Shown: positions 1 through 9,641, counted from the stretch's first letter. The stretch: 64,000 bases of DNA from an uncultured Acidobacteriota bacterium (GCA_963814395.1 CAWFCS010000001.1:128581-192580); one strand, 5' to 3'. Notes: generated from the sequence alone by a model not told the origin. Numbers and translations are program-made.

Positions 1-115
1 CACCTGACGGCACCGGGGCGGGCGTGCGCCCGCCCCTCGCGCTCCGGTGGTATCGTGGCTCCGCGCGTGCCGCAGGTGAGCGGCTGAGCTTGATCCAGTT
101 TCGTGGACGGTTTAG

Positions 116-1140
116 CTACGCTGCTTGAGCGTGCCGACGCTCGAAGACCGCTGGGCTGACTCTGGCCCAGCGTCGAGTGCCGACGCTGCTGGTTATAGAA
201 CACTTCGATGTAATCGAACAGGTCCATCTTCGCGTCGCCGTAGCTCGCGAACTGGTCCGCCAGCTCGCTCTTGACGGTCGAGAAGAAGCTTTCCATCACA
301 GCGTTGTCCCAGCAGTTGCCGCGGCGGCTCATGCTGCACACGATCCCACGGGCGTCGAGGACGGCTTGGTAGTCCTCGCTCGCGTACGTCGAGCCTTGAT
401 CCGAGTGATGCAGCAACCCGATCGCGGGGCATCGTCGCTTGAGCGCCATCTCGAGCGCCTTGATGGTCAGGTGGCGATCGTTCGCGGCACTCACCGCCCA
501 GCCGACGACGAACCGCGAGAACAGGTCGAGGATCACGGCCAGGTAGAGCTTGCTGCTGGTGCCGATGACGAACTCCGTCGTGTCGCCGACCCAGCGCTGA
601 TTCGGGGCCTCCGCCTTGAACTGGCCGATCGAGGAGGTTGTCGGCGACCGGTTGATCGTGGTCGCTCATTGTCGTGTGCTTGTACCGCCTTCGCACCCGC
701 GCCTTCAGGCCGTCGGCTTGCATCAAGCGCACGACGCGCTTCCGGCTGACCTGCTCGTGGAGCTCGATAAGATCCTCGTGGATGCGCGGACTCCCGTACC
801 GGTGTTTGCTGGCCTCGAAGGACGCGCGGATGAGGACTTGTAAGCGGCGATCGTCGATGCGGTGCGCGGACTCCGACCGACCCCGCCATGCGTAGAACCC
901 GCTCGTCGTGACACGGAGATTGCGACACAGAGCGACGACGGGGAAGGTGGCCTTCTCCAGGGCGATCCACGCAAACTTCACGCGTGGTCCCTCACGAAGA
1001 AGGCCGCGGCTTTTACGAGGATCTCCCGATCCTGCCGGAGCTGCCGATTCTCTTTCCGCAAGCGGACCAACTCCTCGCGCTCGGCAGTGGTCACGCCGGT
1101 CTTGCCCGCCGTGCGATCGGCGCGCGCGTGCTCCACCCAC
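116..1140 (-). pseudogene. IS3-family transposase OrfB (DDE), frameshifted
   Basis: Same as intact copy 10558..11580 except for 1-nt insertions near 162 and 623. The translation diverges after ..DNLLDR. Confidence 0.8.
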
Positions 1141-1322
1141 GCACGGAAGGCCGTTTCGGTCAGGTCCAACTCGCGGGCCACCGCCGCGACCGTCCGACCT
1201 TCATCGAGGACCAACCGCACGGCCCCCGCTTTGAACTCCTCCGTGAACTGTCGCCGTGCCCGTCGCCCCGTCTTGCCTGATTCCATTCTGGCCATCGTAT
1301 CCCCCTCTGGAAAGATGTCCAC
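978..1322 (-). CDS. IS3-family transposase OrfA (HTH)
   Basis: 114 aa, identical to 11418..11762. Has the RRQFTEEFK..VARELDL HTH plus leucine-zipper-like region typical of IS3 OrfA. Confidence 0.85.
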   Translation of the reverse strand: MDIFPEGDTMARMESGKTGRRARRQFTEEFKAGAVRLVLDEGRTVAAVARELDLTETAFRAWVEHARADRTAGKTGVTTAEREELVRLRKENRQLRQDREILVKAAAFFVRDHA

Positions 1323-1340
1323 GAAACTGGATCAAGCTCA

Positions 1341-1571
1341 GCTGGCTGGCTCACGGCGTGGGTGTTTCCGGGACATCTCTTCGGGGCGCCGGTTCTCCCT
1401 AGGGCGAGTCTGGTGCTATCGCCGATCCTAAACGGGGCGCTGATGCACTACTTCGGCGCATGGCGGGCACAGCACCTGCAGGGGAACTCGTTCATCGCGA
1501 CGTTCTGGGGTGGGGCCCTGTTCGCGTTCGGCTTCGCTGTGGTCCGTTTCGTCTTGGTCGTAAATCAGTAA
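1341..1571 (+). pseudogene. C-terminal fragment of small membrane-protein cassette gene, split by IS3 copy 1
   Basis: ..SLVLSPILNGALMHYFGAWR..IATFWGGALFAFGFAVVRF aligns with the C-terminus of 14056..14460. It starts directly at the IS end. Confidence 0.6.
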
Positions 1572-1689
1572 GGTCGAAGCGAGAATTTGGCGTGGGCTCA
1601 TGAGGCCCGAGCTGCGTCGCCAACGGCCGCAGTGCTTGAGGTCCGCTCGGGTGCGCGACGCTCCGGAGGTCACGGCATTGGGGCTCGGT

Positions 1690-1765
1690 GCCTAACAACG
1701 GCTTGCAGCCGGCGGCAGCCCGGGCGATCATGAGGCCGCCGCGGCTGAAGCCGGGGGCGTTAGGC
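1690..1765 (+). repeat. attC site, family A
   Basis: 76 bp, GCCTAAC...GTTAGGC. Arms ..CGGCTTGCAGCCG / GCGGCTGAAGCCG.. pair. Confidence 0.85.
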
Positions 1766-1773
1766 CGATCTGA

Positions 1774-2529
1774 ATGAACGGATTGCTGGATTGCACGACG
1801 TACCAGTCGGCGCTCGGATCCCTCGCCGGTCTGCTCGGCGTCAAGACCTCTGGTCTTCAAGACAAGCTGAGCTCGCTCGCCATCGACTGGGACAGTGAAG
1901 AGTCTGAGGAGACGCAGTTGGTGCGGTGCCTTGGATTCGAGTCCCAGGAAGAATTGCCGCTGCCCGAGGCTACCAGATGGTTTCACGCGACTCGTGCACC
2001 CAGGCATCGAGAATTCACTGAAGGTCTGCTGCCCACTCTTGCGGCGCTTCCGCGATTATGGGAAGACCTCGAGTCTGTGGCGCGGTCGTGGATCGGTCCC
2101 GAAGAGTGGAACGCGTACCGCGAGTCTTTTGCGAGTTCAGGCCGATTCTATTCGCTTCAGTTCACCTCGAAGGCCATTTCGGCCGCCTGGGAGGGACCGT
2201 TCGCCTTCCTCGTTCGTGATGCCGCTCTCGGGCGTCATCGCGGTCACAAACAGTTCACCCGGATCTGTGAGGCCCTTGAAGACATCTGCGCCGACTATCA
2301 GGAGGTGTTCGGTCACGCGTTGCGGCATGCTTACGAGGCATCCACCGAACCCTGCTTGGTCGTATTCACGGCTCCCGGTGGGGGCCGGGGAGCCGTGACC
2401 GCGGCGACTGTGTTCGTGTATCGCTCGCTCCACGAGCTGAGCCACGGCCGGTCTAGCCACGCCTGCTTCTCCGGAAAGGGCAAGGCAGTACCCGCCTCTT
2501 GGATCGAGCGAGTCGAATGGCTCCCGACG

Positions 2530-2535
<6 letters not shown>
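1774..2535 (+). CDS. hypothetical protein (orphan cassette, 253 aa)
   Basis: Single ORF fills the cassette. Its TAA stop lies inside the R'' heptamer of the next attC. No family recognised. Confidence 0.6.
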
Positions 2536-3225
<690 letters not shown>

Positions 3226-3259
3226 ACGCCGGTCCGTTAGACGGACGAGGAGGTGCCAG

Positions 3260-3703
3260 GTGTCAAGTCAACACTTTCGCACCAAGGTCGACTGGTTCTT
3301 CGTGATGATCTACATGTTCTTAGGCGTTCGCCTCTTCACGCCCGTTGTGACCGCCGTAGTCCAGGGCCGTTCATTCACGCCTGCGGTGGATCTTGTTTCC
3401 GCTTGGCGTCCTCGGGGCGCTGTCACTACTTGGCGGCTAGCACGTACCTACGTTCTGACCGACACGATGCTTCTTGTCAAATCGGGCCCGTTCACGTCGC
3501 GGATCCCGGTCGCGTCAATTTACAAACTTCGAGCCACCCACACGATTGTCGCGTCGCCGGCACTGTCGCTCGACCGCATCGAAGTTCTCGCGAGGCAAGG
3601 GCCCTACACCGTGATTTCGCCGGCCGACAAGCGCGGATTCATTGCCGCGGTTCGCCAACGCGTACCAGCACTCGAGCTCGAAGGGCTTGAAACCGCCGTC
3701 TAA
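3260..3703 (+). CDS. bacterial PH-domain (bPH_4/DUF1200-like) membrane protein
   Basis: N-terminal TM segment. ..YVLTDTMLLVKSGPF..IPVASIYKL..SPALSLDRIEV motif. GGAGG SD upstream. Confidence 0.5.
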   Translation: MSSQHFRTKVDWFFVMIYMFLGVRLFTPVVTAVVQGRSFTPAVDLVSAWRPRGAVTTWRLARTYVLTDTMLLVKSGPFTSRIPVASIYKLRATHTIVASPALSLDRIEVLARQGPYTVISPADKRGFIAAVRQRVPALELEGLETAV

Positions 3704-3778
3704 TCTAACCACGGCTTGCAGCCGACGCCGGCCCGGTGAATCATGAGGGCCGCCGCGGCTGAAGCCGGGGCGTTAGCC
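3703..3778 (+). repeat. attC site, family A
   Basis: 76 bp, ATCTAAC...GTTAGCC. Confidence 0.8.
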
Positions 3779-3789
3779 CGACCGCAACG

Positions 3790-3818
3790 TTGCATCGTCG
3801 TATATACAGGCGTATACT
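3790..3818 (+). promoter_or_regulatory. candidate sigma70 promoter TTGCAT-17-TATACT, leaderless layout
   Basis: The -10 ends 6 nt before GTG 3825. Overlaps the palindromic GTATA..TATAC element also present at 19466..19486. Confidence 0.55.
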
Positions 3819-3824
3819 CGATCC

Positions 3825-4118
3825 GTGCGCTTCGGGTGGGATGCTCGGAAAAGCGATCGCAATCTTCGGGCGCGGGGCTTCGACTTCGAGTTCGCCACGC
3901 AGGTGTTCGACGGGCCGACCTTGGAGCGCCCAGACACACGTCGCGACTACGGCGAGCGTCGGGTCGTGGCCATTGGCCAGGCCGATGGCATCACCCTGAC
4001 TCTCGTGTACACCGACCGGGCCGAGGCCGGTGCACAGGTCCGTCGCATCATTTCGGCCAGAGTGAGTAGTCGCAGTGAGCGTCAAGCCTACGAGCAAGCA
4101 GTCCAAGGCCGGTCCTAG
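3825..4118 (+). CDS. brnT: BrnT-family toxin (DUF497)
   Basis: MRFGWDARKSDRNLRARGFDF...RRIISARVSSRSERQAYE. Confidence 0.8.
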   Translation: MRFGWDARKSDRNLRARGFDFEFATQVFDGPTLERPDTRRDYGERRVVAIGQADGITLTLVYTDRAEAGAQVRRIISARVSSRSERQAYEQAVQGRS

Positions 4119-4392
4119 CCGCGGCCGCGCCAGCCTCGCCCGGCTGCGGCGGGTCTCTGACGCGACGATTCAACGCACGTCGCCCCGAGAGCTGCGAGGC
4201 CTGCCGGATGATTTCTGGGCTTCGGCGCGGGTGGTCGAGCCCGTGGCGAAACAGCCGATTTCGCTCAGGGTCGACACAGATGTTCTCGACTGGTTCAAGG
4301 CCCAGGGGCCCCGGTATCAGTCACGCATCAACGCGGTCCTGCGGTCGTTCATGACGCAGGCCAGCACCGCTAGCCGCCGAAAGGCGGGCTAA
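4075..4392 (+). CDS. brnA: BrnA-type antitoxin (DUF4415-like)
   Basis: ..ISLRVDTDVLDWFKAQGPRYQSRINAVLRSF. Overlaps the brnT end. Its TAA stop lies in the attC R''. Confidence 0.7.
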   Translation: MSVKPTSKQSKAGPSRGRASLARLRRVSDATIQRTSPRELRGLPDDFWASARVVEPVAKQPISLRVDTDVLDWFKAQGPRYQSRINAVLRSFMTQASTASRRKAG

Positions 4393-4458
4393 CATCCAAA
4401 TGCAGCCGACGCGCCGCGTGTCGCCCAACGGCGCGCGGCTGATTTGGCGTCGTTAGCC
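4387..4458 (+). repeat. attC site, family C
   Basis: 72 bp, GGCTAAC...GTTAGCC. ccaaat/atttgg, cagccg/cggctg and cgcgccg/cggcgcg pair, with two unpaired bases on the 5' arm. Confidence 0.85.
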
Positions 4459-4483
4459 CAATCCCAGCTCGATCGAGAAGAGG

Positions 4484-4648
4484 ATGACACTACGCCACAC
4501 GAAGATCGGGGTGACGGTCGCGACGATGCTTGTGGGTGGCGTTCTGACGACGCTTGTACCGGTTGCTGGCCAGTCCGGTCGGTCACCGGTCAGCGTTGTG
4601 CGTCTTCTCGATCGGCCCATCATTTCGCCGGACTTGGACAAGAGCATC
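4484..4648 (+). pseudogene. duplicated 5' fragment of cassette gene 7116..8183
   Basis: Identical to 7116..7280 (MTLRHTKIG..DLDKSI). Runs into the IS21 end. Confidence 0.8.
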
Positions 4649-4754
4649 TGGGCGCGCCGCTCGGAAAGTAGGCCATTCGCCGCCCAGAAAGTAGGCCACC
4701 TGAGGGCCTGATGGCGGACTTGCGGGATCGGGGAATCCGGCGTCCGCTGAAAGG

Positions 4755-6239
4755 ATGCTCAGGATGGATCAAGTGCATGTGGTCCGGCACAAAGTGCTGG
4801 TCGAAGGGCGGTCGCAGCGGGCGGTGGCGCGGGAGCTGGGACTCTCGCGGTCGACGGTTGGCAAGTACGTCGGCCAGGCAGCGCCGGTCCGGAAGGCCGA
4901 GGCGGGACCGCGGCCACGGCCCGTGTGGGACACGGTCGGCGGGCGCGTGCAGGCGCTGCTCACCGAGTCGGCCCAATGGACCGGCGGCAAGCAGCGGCTG
5001 ACCGCGACGCGGTTGCATGGGCTGGTCGTCGCCGAGGGCCTCCAGGTCGGCGTCACCGTGATCAAGGCGGCGGTGGCGGAGTGGAAGCGCCAGCGGCGCG
5101 AGGTCTTCGTGCCGCTGACGTATCGGCCGGGGGATCTCGCCGAGGTCGACTTCTTCGAGGTGCTGGTCGACGTCGACGGCACGCGGCGAAAAGCGTGGCT
5201 CTTTCTGATGCGCTTGATGTACTCGGGCCGCGACTTCGCCTGGATCTACGAGCGCCAGGATCAGATCAGTTTCCTCGATGGGCACGTCCGCGCGTTCGCA
5301 CACTTCGACGGCGTGCCGGCGCGGGTCGCCTATGACAATCTGCGGGCCGCCGTCGTGCGGATTCTGGTCGGCGGCGGGCGCACGCTGACGGCGCGGTTCA
5401 GTGCGATGGCGTCGCACTATCTGCTGGAGGCGTGCTTGTGCGGCCCGGGCGAGGGCCATGACAAAGGCGGCGTCGAGAGCCGCGGGAAAGCGGTGCGCCA
5501 GCAGGTGCTGGTGCCGATTCCGAGCGGGCCGACGCTGGCCGGCATCAATGCGACGTTGCTGGCACAGATGGATGCGCGCCTCGCCACGGCGCGCGATGCG
5601 ACGCGGCCAGACGATCGGGGCGCGCTTCGCGGAGGAGCAGCGACTCTTTCGGGACGCCCCGATCCCCTTCGTGGCCGAAGCCACGACGCTCGCCACGGTG
5701 ACTCCACGCGCGCTGATTCGACTCGACGGCGCGGGGTACTCGGTGTGGACGCGCTGGGCCGGCCTCGACCTCGTGGTCCGGACGGGCGCCACGACCGTCA
5801 CCATCGTCGGGCGCGACGGCACCTGCGTGTCCCATCCGCGGCGGCGGTTCGGCCAGCGGTCGATTGACTACCGGCATTACTGGCCGAGCTGGCGCGCAAG
5901 CCGCAGGCGGTGCGGCAGGTGCTGCCGGATCTGCTGCGCGACCTCGGCGCCCCGTTTCCGGCGATCTGGGATCAGCTGCACGGCGCGCATGGGCCGCGCG
6001 AGGCCGCGCGGCTCTTCGCCAAGGTGCTGGGCCAGCTCGACACGCACGGCGCCGCGGTCGTCGTGCCGGCGCTGACCCGCGCGCTCGCGACCGGCACGCC
6101 GCTGCTCTTGGCGCTGACGCCGGTGCCCGATCGCGACGGCCTCGCCGCCGACGCCGTGCCCGCGCGGCTGCGTGACCTCGAGATCCCGAGCGGCTGTGCC
6201 GCCGACTACGACGGCTGGCTCGTCGCGGTGGGCGCATGA
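4755..6239 (+). pseudogene. istA: IS21-family transposase IstA, two frameshifts
   Basis: Three consecutive frames carry HTH..DDE..C-terminal IstA sequence. Shifts lie near 5604 and 5880. Confidence 0.8.
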
Positions 6240-7021
6240 GCGCCCCCGCGATCGTCCGGGATCTCGTCGTCGCCCATACGCGGGCACTGAAGCTGCCCGG
6301 CGTGGCCCGGACGTTTGAAGGCCTCGCGCGGCAAGCCCGCGACAGCCACTGGCCGCACGAAGACTACCTGCACGAGGTCCTGAGCGCCGAGCAGGCGTCG
6401 CGGCACGAGTCGGTGATCCGGCAGCGGCTCCGCGAGGCGCGCTTCCCGGAGGTGAAAACGCTCGACACCTTCGACTTTGCGGCGGCCGACGGGATCAATC
6501 CGACGCAGATCCACACCCTCGCGCGCGGCGAATGGGTGACCGCGCCGGAGAATCTGATCCTGGCCGGGCCGATCGGGACCGGCAAGACGCACCTGGCCAT
6601 CGCGCTCGGCGTGGAAGCGACCCGCCAGAAACGGCGCGTCCTCTTCACGCGGGCCGCTGACCTGGTCCGCCAGCTCGTGGAAGCCCGCGATGCCCGCGAG
6701 CTGACGCGTCTGCAGCAACGACTGCTCCGCGTCGACGTGCTGATCGTCGACGAGCTGGGCTTCGTGCCCTTCGATCGCGTCGGCGGCGAGCTGCTCTTTA
6801 ATCTGCTGACCGACCGCTACGAGCGGCGCGCCACCGTCGTCACCACCAATCTCGCCTTCGCGGAATGGGTCACCGTCTTCGCCGGCGACGAGAAGCTGAC
6901 CACGGCCCTGCTCGACCGCTTGGCGCATCACGCCACCGTGCTCACCACCAAGGGGAAGAGCTATCGCATGCGCACCCGGAGGGGCGCCGACGGACGGGCC
7001 TGCCCCGTCAGAATCACGTAG
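6236..7021 (+). CDS. istB: IS21-family helper ATPase IstB
   Basis: Walker A GPIGTGKTHLA and LIVDELG Walker B. Confidence 0.9.
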   Translation: MSAPAIVRDLVVAHTRALKLPGVARTFEGLARQARDSHWPHEDYLHEVLSAEQASRHESVIRQRLREARFPEVKTLDTFDFAAADGINPTQIHTLARGEWVTAPENLILAGPIGTGKTHLAIALGVEATRQKRRVLFTRAADLVRQLVEARDARELTRLQQRLLRVDVLIVDELGFVPFDRVGGELLFNLLTDRYERRATVVTTNLAFAEWVTVFAGDEKLTTALLDRLAHHATVLTTKGKSYRMRTRRGADGRACPVRIT

Positions 7022-7115
7022 AATCAACCGCCCTCAGGTGGCCTACTTTCTGAGCGGCGAATGGCCTACTTTCCGAGCGGCGCGCCCGCCCAATCCCAGC
7101 TCGATCGAGAAGAGG

Positions 7116-8183
7116 ATGACACTACGCCACACGAAGATCGGGGTGACGGTCGCGACGATGCTTGTGGGTGGCGTTCTGACGACGCTTGTACCGGTTGCTG
7201 GCCAGTCCGGTCGGTCACCGGTCAGCGTTGTGCGTCTTCTCGATCGGCCCATCATTTCGCCGGACTTGGACAAGAGCATCGGTCCCAACATCCAGGGGCC
7301 ATCGCTCATCCGCGTGCCAGACTGGGCGCCGGGACGCCTCGGCAAGTACTACCAGTATTTCGCCGACCACAAGGGACGCTATATCCGTCTCGCATATGCT
7401 GACGACCTTCTGGGCCCCTGGCACATTCACGCGCCAGGCAGCCTTCAGCTCGGAGGTTCGTTTCTGCTGACCGAGCCGCCACAGGGGCCGGCTGACGAGT
7501 TGGCCAAGCTTCGCGCCGAAGGGCGCCGGGCAAACTTTTCGCACGACGCCTTCACCGAAGCCACGACGCCGCATATCGCCTCACCTGATGTCCACGTCGA
7601 CGAGGCCAATCGACGAATCATCATGTATTACCACGGCCTCAATGGGCTTGGGGAGCAGGTGACGCGGGCCGCCACTTCTGCCGACGGCATTCGCTTTGCG
7701 GCAAGGCCTGAGATCCTCGGGAAGACCTATTTTCGAACGTTTACTCACGGCGACTATATCTACGCTATGGCCATGCGTGGCCAGTTCTACCGATCAAAGA
7801 ACGCGCTGAGCGGTTTCGAGGAAGGGCCTTTGCTGTTCAACCCCAACATGCGTCATGCCGCCTTTCTCAAGCGCGGGAGCACACTGCTTGTGTTCTGGAC
7901 GCAGGTTGGGACGGCTCCGGAAGCGATTCAGCTGAGCACGATCGATCTGTCAGGCGATTGGACGACGTGGAAGGACACCGCCCCGATTGAGGTCCTCCGA
8001 CCAGAGCGAGTGTGGGAGGGATCGGACGCGCCGCGGCGACCGTCGCTCCGCAGTACCGCCTACGGCCATGTCAATCAGCTACGTGACCCGGCGGTCTTCG
8101 AGGAGAACGGACGGATGTTCCTGCTCTACGCGGTGGCCGGTGAGAGCGGCATCGGAATCGCCGAGTTGAAGTTCGACAACTGA
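7116..8183 (+). CDS. secreted beta-propeller-like protein (GH43/GH117-like fold suspected)
   Basis: Signal peptide MTLRHTKIGVTVATMLVGGVLTTLVPVAG. Start chosen downstream of the IS end with GAGAAGAGGA upstream. Family call is weak. Confidence 0.45.
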   Translation: MTLRHTKIGVTVATMLVGGVLTTLVPVAGQSGRSPVSVVRLLDRPIISPDLDKSIGPNIQGPSLIRVPDWAPGRLGKYYQYFADHKGRYIRLAYADDLLGPWHIHAPGSLQLGGSFLLTEPPQGPADELAKLRAEGRRANFSHDAFTEATTPHIASPDVHVDEANRRIIMYYHGLNGLGEQVTRAATSADGIRFAARPEILGKTYFRTFTHGDYIYAMAMRGQFYRSKNALSGFEEGPLLFNPNMRHAAFLKRGSTLLVFWTQVGTAPEAIQLSTIDLSGDWTTWKDTAPIEVLRPERVWEGSDAPRRPSLRSTAYGHVNQLRDPAVFEENGRMFLLYAVAGESGIGIAELKFDN

Positions 8184-8192
8184 CCACAAACG

Positions 8193-8270
8193 GGCTAACT
8201 CCGTCTGGAGCCGACGTGGCTCCAGTAGGGAGCGCCGCGAGAGCCACGCGGCTCAGACGAAGCGTTAGCC
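8193..8270 (+). repeat. attC site, family D
   Basis: 78 bp, GGCTAAC...GTTAGCC. Arms TCCGTCTGGAGCCGACG / GCGGCTCAGACGAAGC. Confidence 0.8.
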
Positions 8271-8351
8271 GGACACAACGAACACAGCGGACGCATCGGT
8301 CAGTGCTTGCGGGGCTCGCGCGATCCTGAGATCATCGACCAGAACGCGTAC

Positions 8352-8588
8352 ATGCCGAAGGTCGGAGGCATCCCGGGGCCGTATTGGTTCTTCTTCTACA
8401 GCTTCGACTGTAGCGAGCCCATTCACGTACACGTTCGACGCGACGATGCTGAGGCGAAGTTCTGGCTGCGGCCCGTCGCCTTGGCGTGGAATCGCGGGTT
8501 CTCGGCGCGCGAGCTGGGCGACATTCGACGGACGATCGTCGTTCGTGAACGGCAGATCATCGAGGCATGGCATGAGCACTGTGGTTAG
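8352..8588 (+). CDS. DUF4160-family protein
   Basis: MPKVGGIPGPYWFFFYSFDCSEPIHVHV.. matches the paralog at 12778. Confidence 0.65.
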   Translation: MPKVGGIPGPYWFFFYSFDCSEPIHVHVRRDDAEAKFWLRPVALAWNRGFSARELGDIRRTIVVRERQIIEAWHEHCG

Positions 8589-8910
8589 CGCGGAAGCGAG
8601 CATCGCGCGGGTTGAGGTGTCCGAAGACACGATCACGGCCCACCTGGCAGACGGGCGAGTCATCAGCGTACCGTTGGCATGGTCGTGGCGCCTGTCAGAT
8701 GCGACGCCCGCCCAGCGTGCCAACTGGCGTCTGATCGGTCGCGGTCATGGCGTGCACTGGCCCGACATCGACGAAGACATTAGTGCAGAAGGCATGCTCA
8801 ACGGCACACCAGCGCGCCGACCCGTGCGTCGAATCCGAAGAGCAATGGCGCCGGCTAACATGCGCATGCAGTCGACGCGCGGCAAGAAGAAAGCGACCGC
8901 GCGCGGCTGA
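8572..8910 (+). CDS. DUF2442-family protein
   Basis: ..ITAHLADGRVISVPLAWSWRL..ATPAQRANWRLIGRGHGVHWPDIDEDIS. Overlaps the upstream gene and reads into the attC. Confidence 0.65.
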   Translation: MSTVVSAEASIARVEVSEDTITAHLADGRVISVPLAWSWRLSDATPAQRANWRLIGRGHGVHWPDIDEDISAEGMLNGTPARRPVRRIRRAMAPANMRMQSTRGKKKATARG

Positions 8911-8936
8911 TGCGCGATCGTTAGCCGGACAGACGA
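8853..8936 (+). repeat. attC site, family C variant
   Basis: 84 bp, GGCTAAC...GTTAGCC. Arms ATGCGCATGCAGTCGACGCGC / GCGCGCGGCTGATGCGCGAT. Confidence 0.75.
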
Positions 8937-8948
8937 ACGCCAACGGCA

Positions 8949-8957
8949 TGCGACAAT
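8949..8957 (+). promoter_or_regulatory. candidate extended -10 (TGcGACAAT), 6 nt before GTG start
   Basis: No SD. Same leaderless layout as the other TA cassettes. Confidence 0.4.
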
Positions 8958-8963
8958 GATCGC

Positions 8964-9233
8964 GTGCCAGAGCTGTCGCGCTTCTTTGGAATCATCATTC
9001 GAATGTTTGCGGAACTGGGCGCGCCCCACCACCGACCGCACTTCCATGCCGCGTACCAGAACGCGACGGCGACGTTCGCTCTCGATCCGATCGAATGCAT
9101 CGGTGGCGAGTTGCCCCGGACGCAGCAGCGGCTGGTCGAGGCGTGGGCAGAGATTCACCACGCGGAACTCCTGGACGCTTGGCACCGCCTGCAATCTGGT
9201 CAGAGCCCACGCAAGATCGATCCGTTGCAGTAA
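8964..9233 (+). CDS. DUF4160-family protein
   Basis: MPELSRFFGIIIRMFAELGAPHHRPHFHA.. Confidence 0.7.
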   Translation: MPELSRFFGIIIRMFAELGAPHHRPHFHAAYQNATATFALDPIECIGGELPRTQQRLVEAWAEIHHAELLDAWHRLQSGQSPRKIDPLQ

Positions 9234-9246
9234 GAGGGAAACCGCC

Positions 9247-9564
9247 ATGGGCCATGCCATCTATCGGGTCGAGCGTTTCGAGATCGTTGCGCCCTACACC
9301 TTGGCGCTGCGGTTCAATGACGCCACGGAACAAACGATCGATTTCCTGCCAGTACTGGAAGGTGAACTGTTCGGACCCCTTCGTGATCTCACCCTCTTCA
9401 ACCGCGTAGAACTCGACGACGCGTTCGGCACGATCCAGTGGCCGACCGGAGCAGACTTCGATCCGGAAACACTACACGACTGGCCAAGGTATCGAGACGG
9501 GCTGGTCGAAATGGCTCGGCGGTGGGCGCTGGCCGGTACGCCATCTACGAAGCGAGCGGGCTAA
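9247..9564 (+). CDS. DUF2442-family protein
   Basis: ..VERFEIVAPYTLALRFNDATEQTIDF..FGTIQWPTGADFDPE. TAA stop in the attC R''. Confidence 0.65.
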   Translation: MGHAIYRVERFEIVAPYTLALRFNDATEQTIDFLPVLEGELFGPLRDLTLFNRVELDDAFGTIQWPTGADFDPETLHDWPRYRDGLVEMARRWALAGTPSTKRAG

Positions 9565-9630
9565 CATCCAAATTGAGCCGACGCGCCGGGCGACGCTTGT
9601 CGACGCGCGGCTGATTTGGCGTCGTTAGCC
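9559..9630 (+). repeat. attC site, family C
   Basis: 72 bp, GGCTAAC...GTTAGCC. Confidence 0.85.
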
Positions 9631-9641
9631 CGACTAGGAGC

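Larger units (their letters stand above)
85..1340 (-). mobile_element. IS3-family insertion sequence, copy 1 (degenerate)
   Basis: TG..CA termini. Terminal inverted repeats tgagcttgatccagtttcgtgga / tccacgaaactggatcaagctca. Near-identical to 10527..11780. Flanks ggc/gct do not match. Confidence 0.9.
4649..7087 (+). mobile_element. IS21-family insertion sequence (copy A)
   Basis: About 58-bp terminal inverted repeats gggcgcgccgctcggaaagtaggccattcgccgc..agaaagtaggccacctgagggc. istA-istB with ATGA overlap. Confidence 0.85.

Noticed and set aside
4620-5822. Long antisense/shadow ORFs (for example 4620..5822-, 14223..15140+, 16016..16852+, 20193..21050-, 34053..35108+, 35722..37560+, 40853..42205-, 44141..45838+, 46074..47561-, 48291..49271-, 56869..58506+, 62707..63663+)
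   Set aside because: They are Arg/Ala/Gly/Pro-rich translations opposite or out of frame with genes that have clear family motifs. Such open frames are typical artefacts of high-GC DNA.
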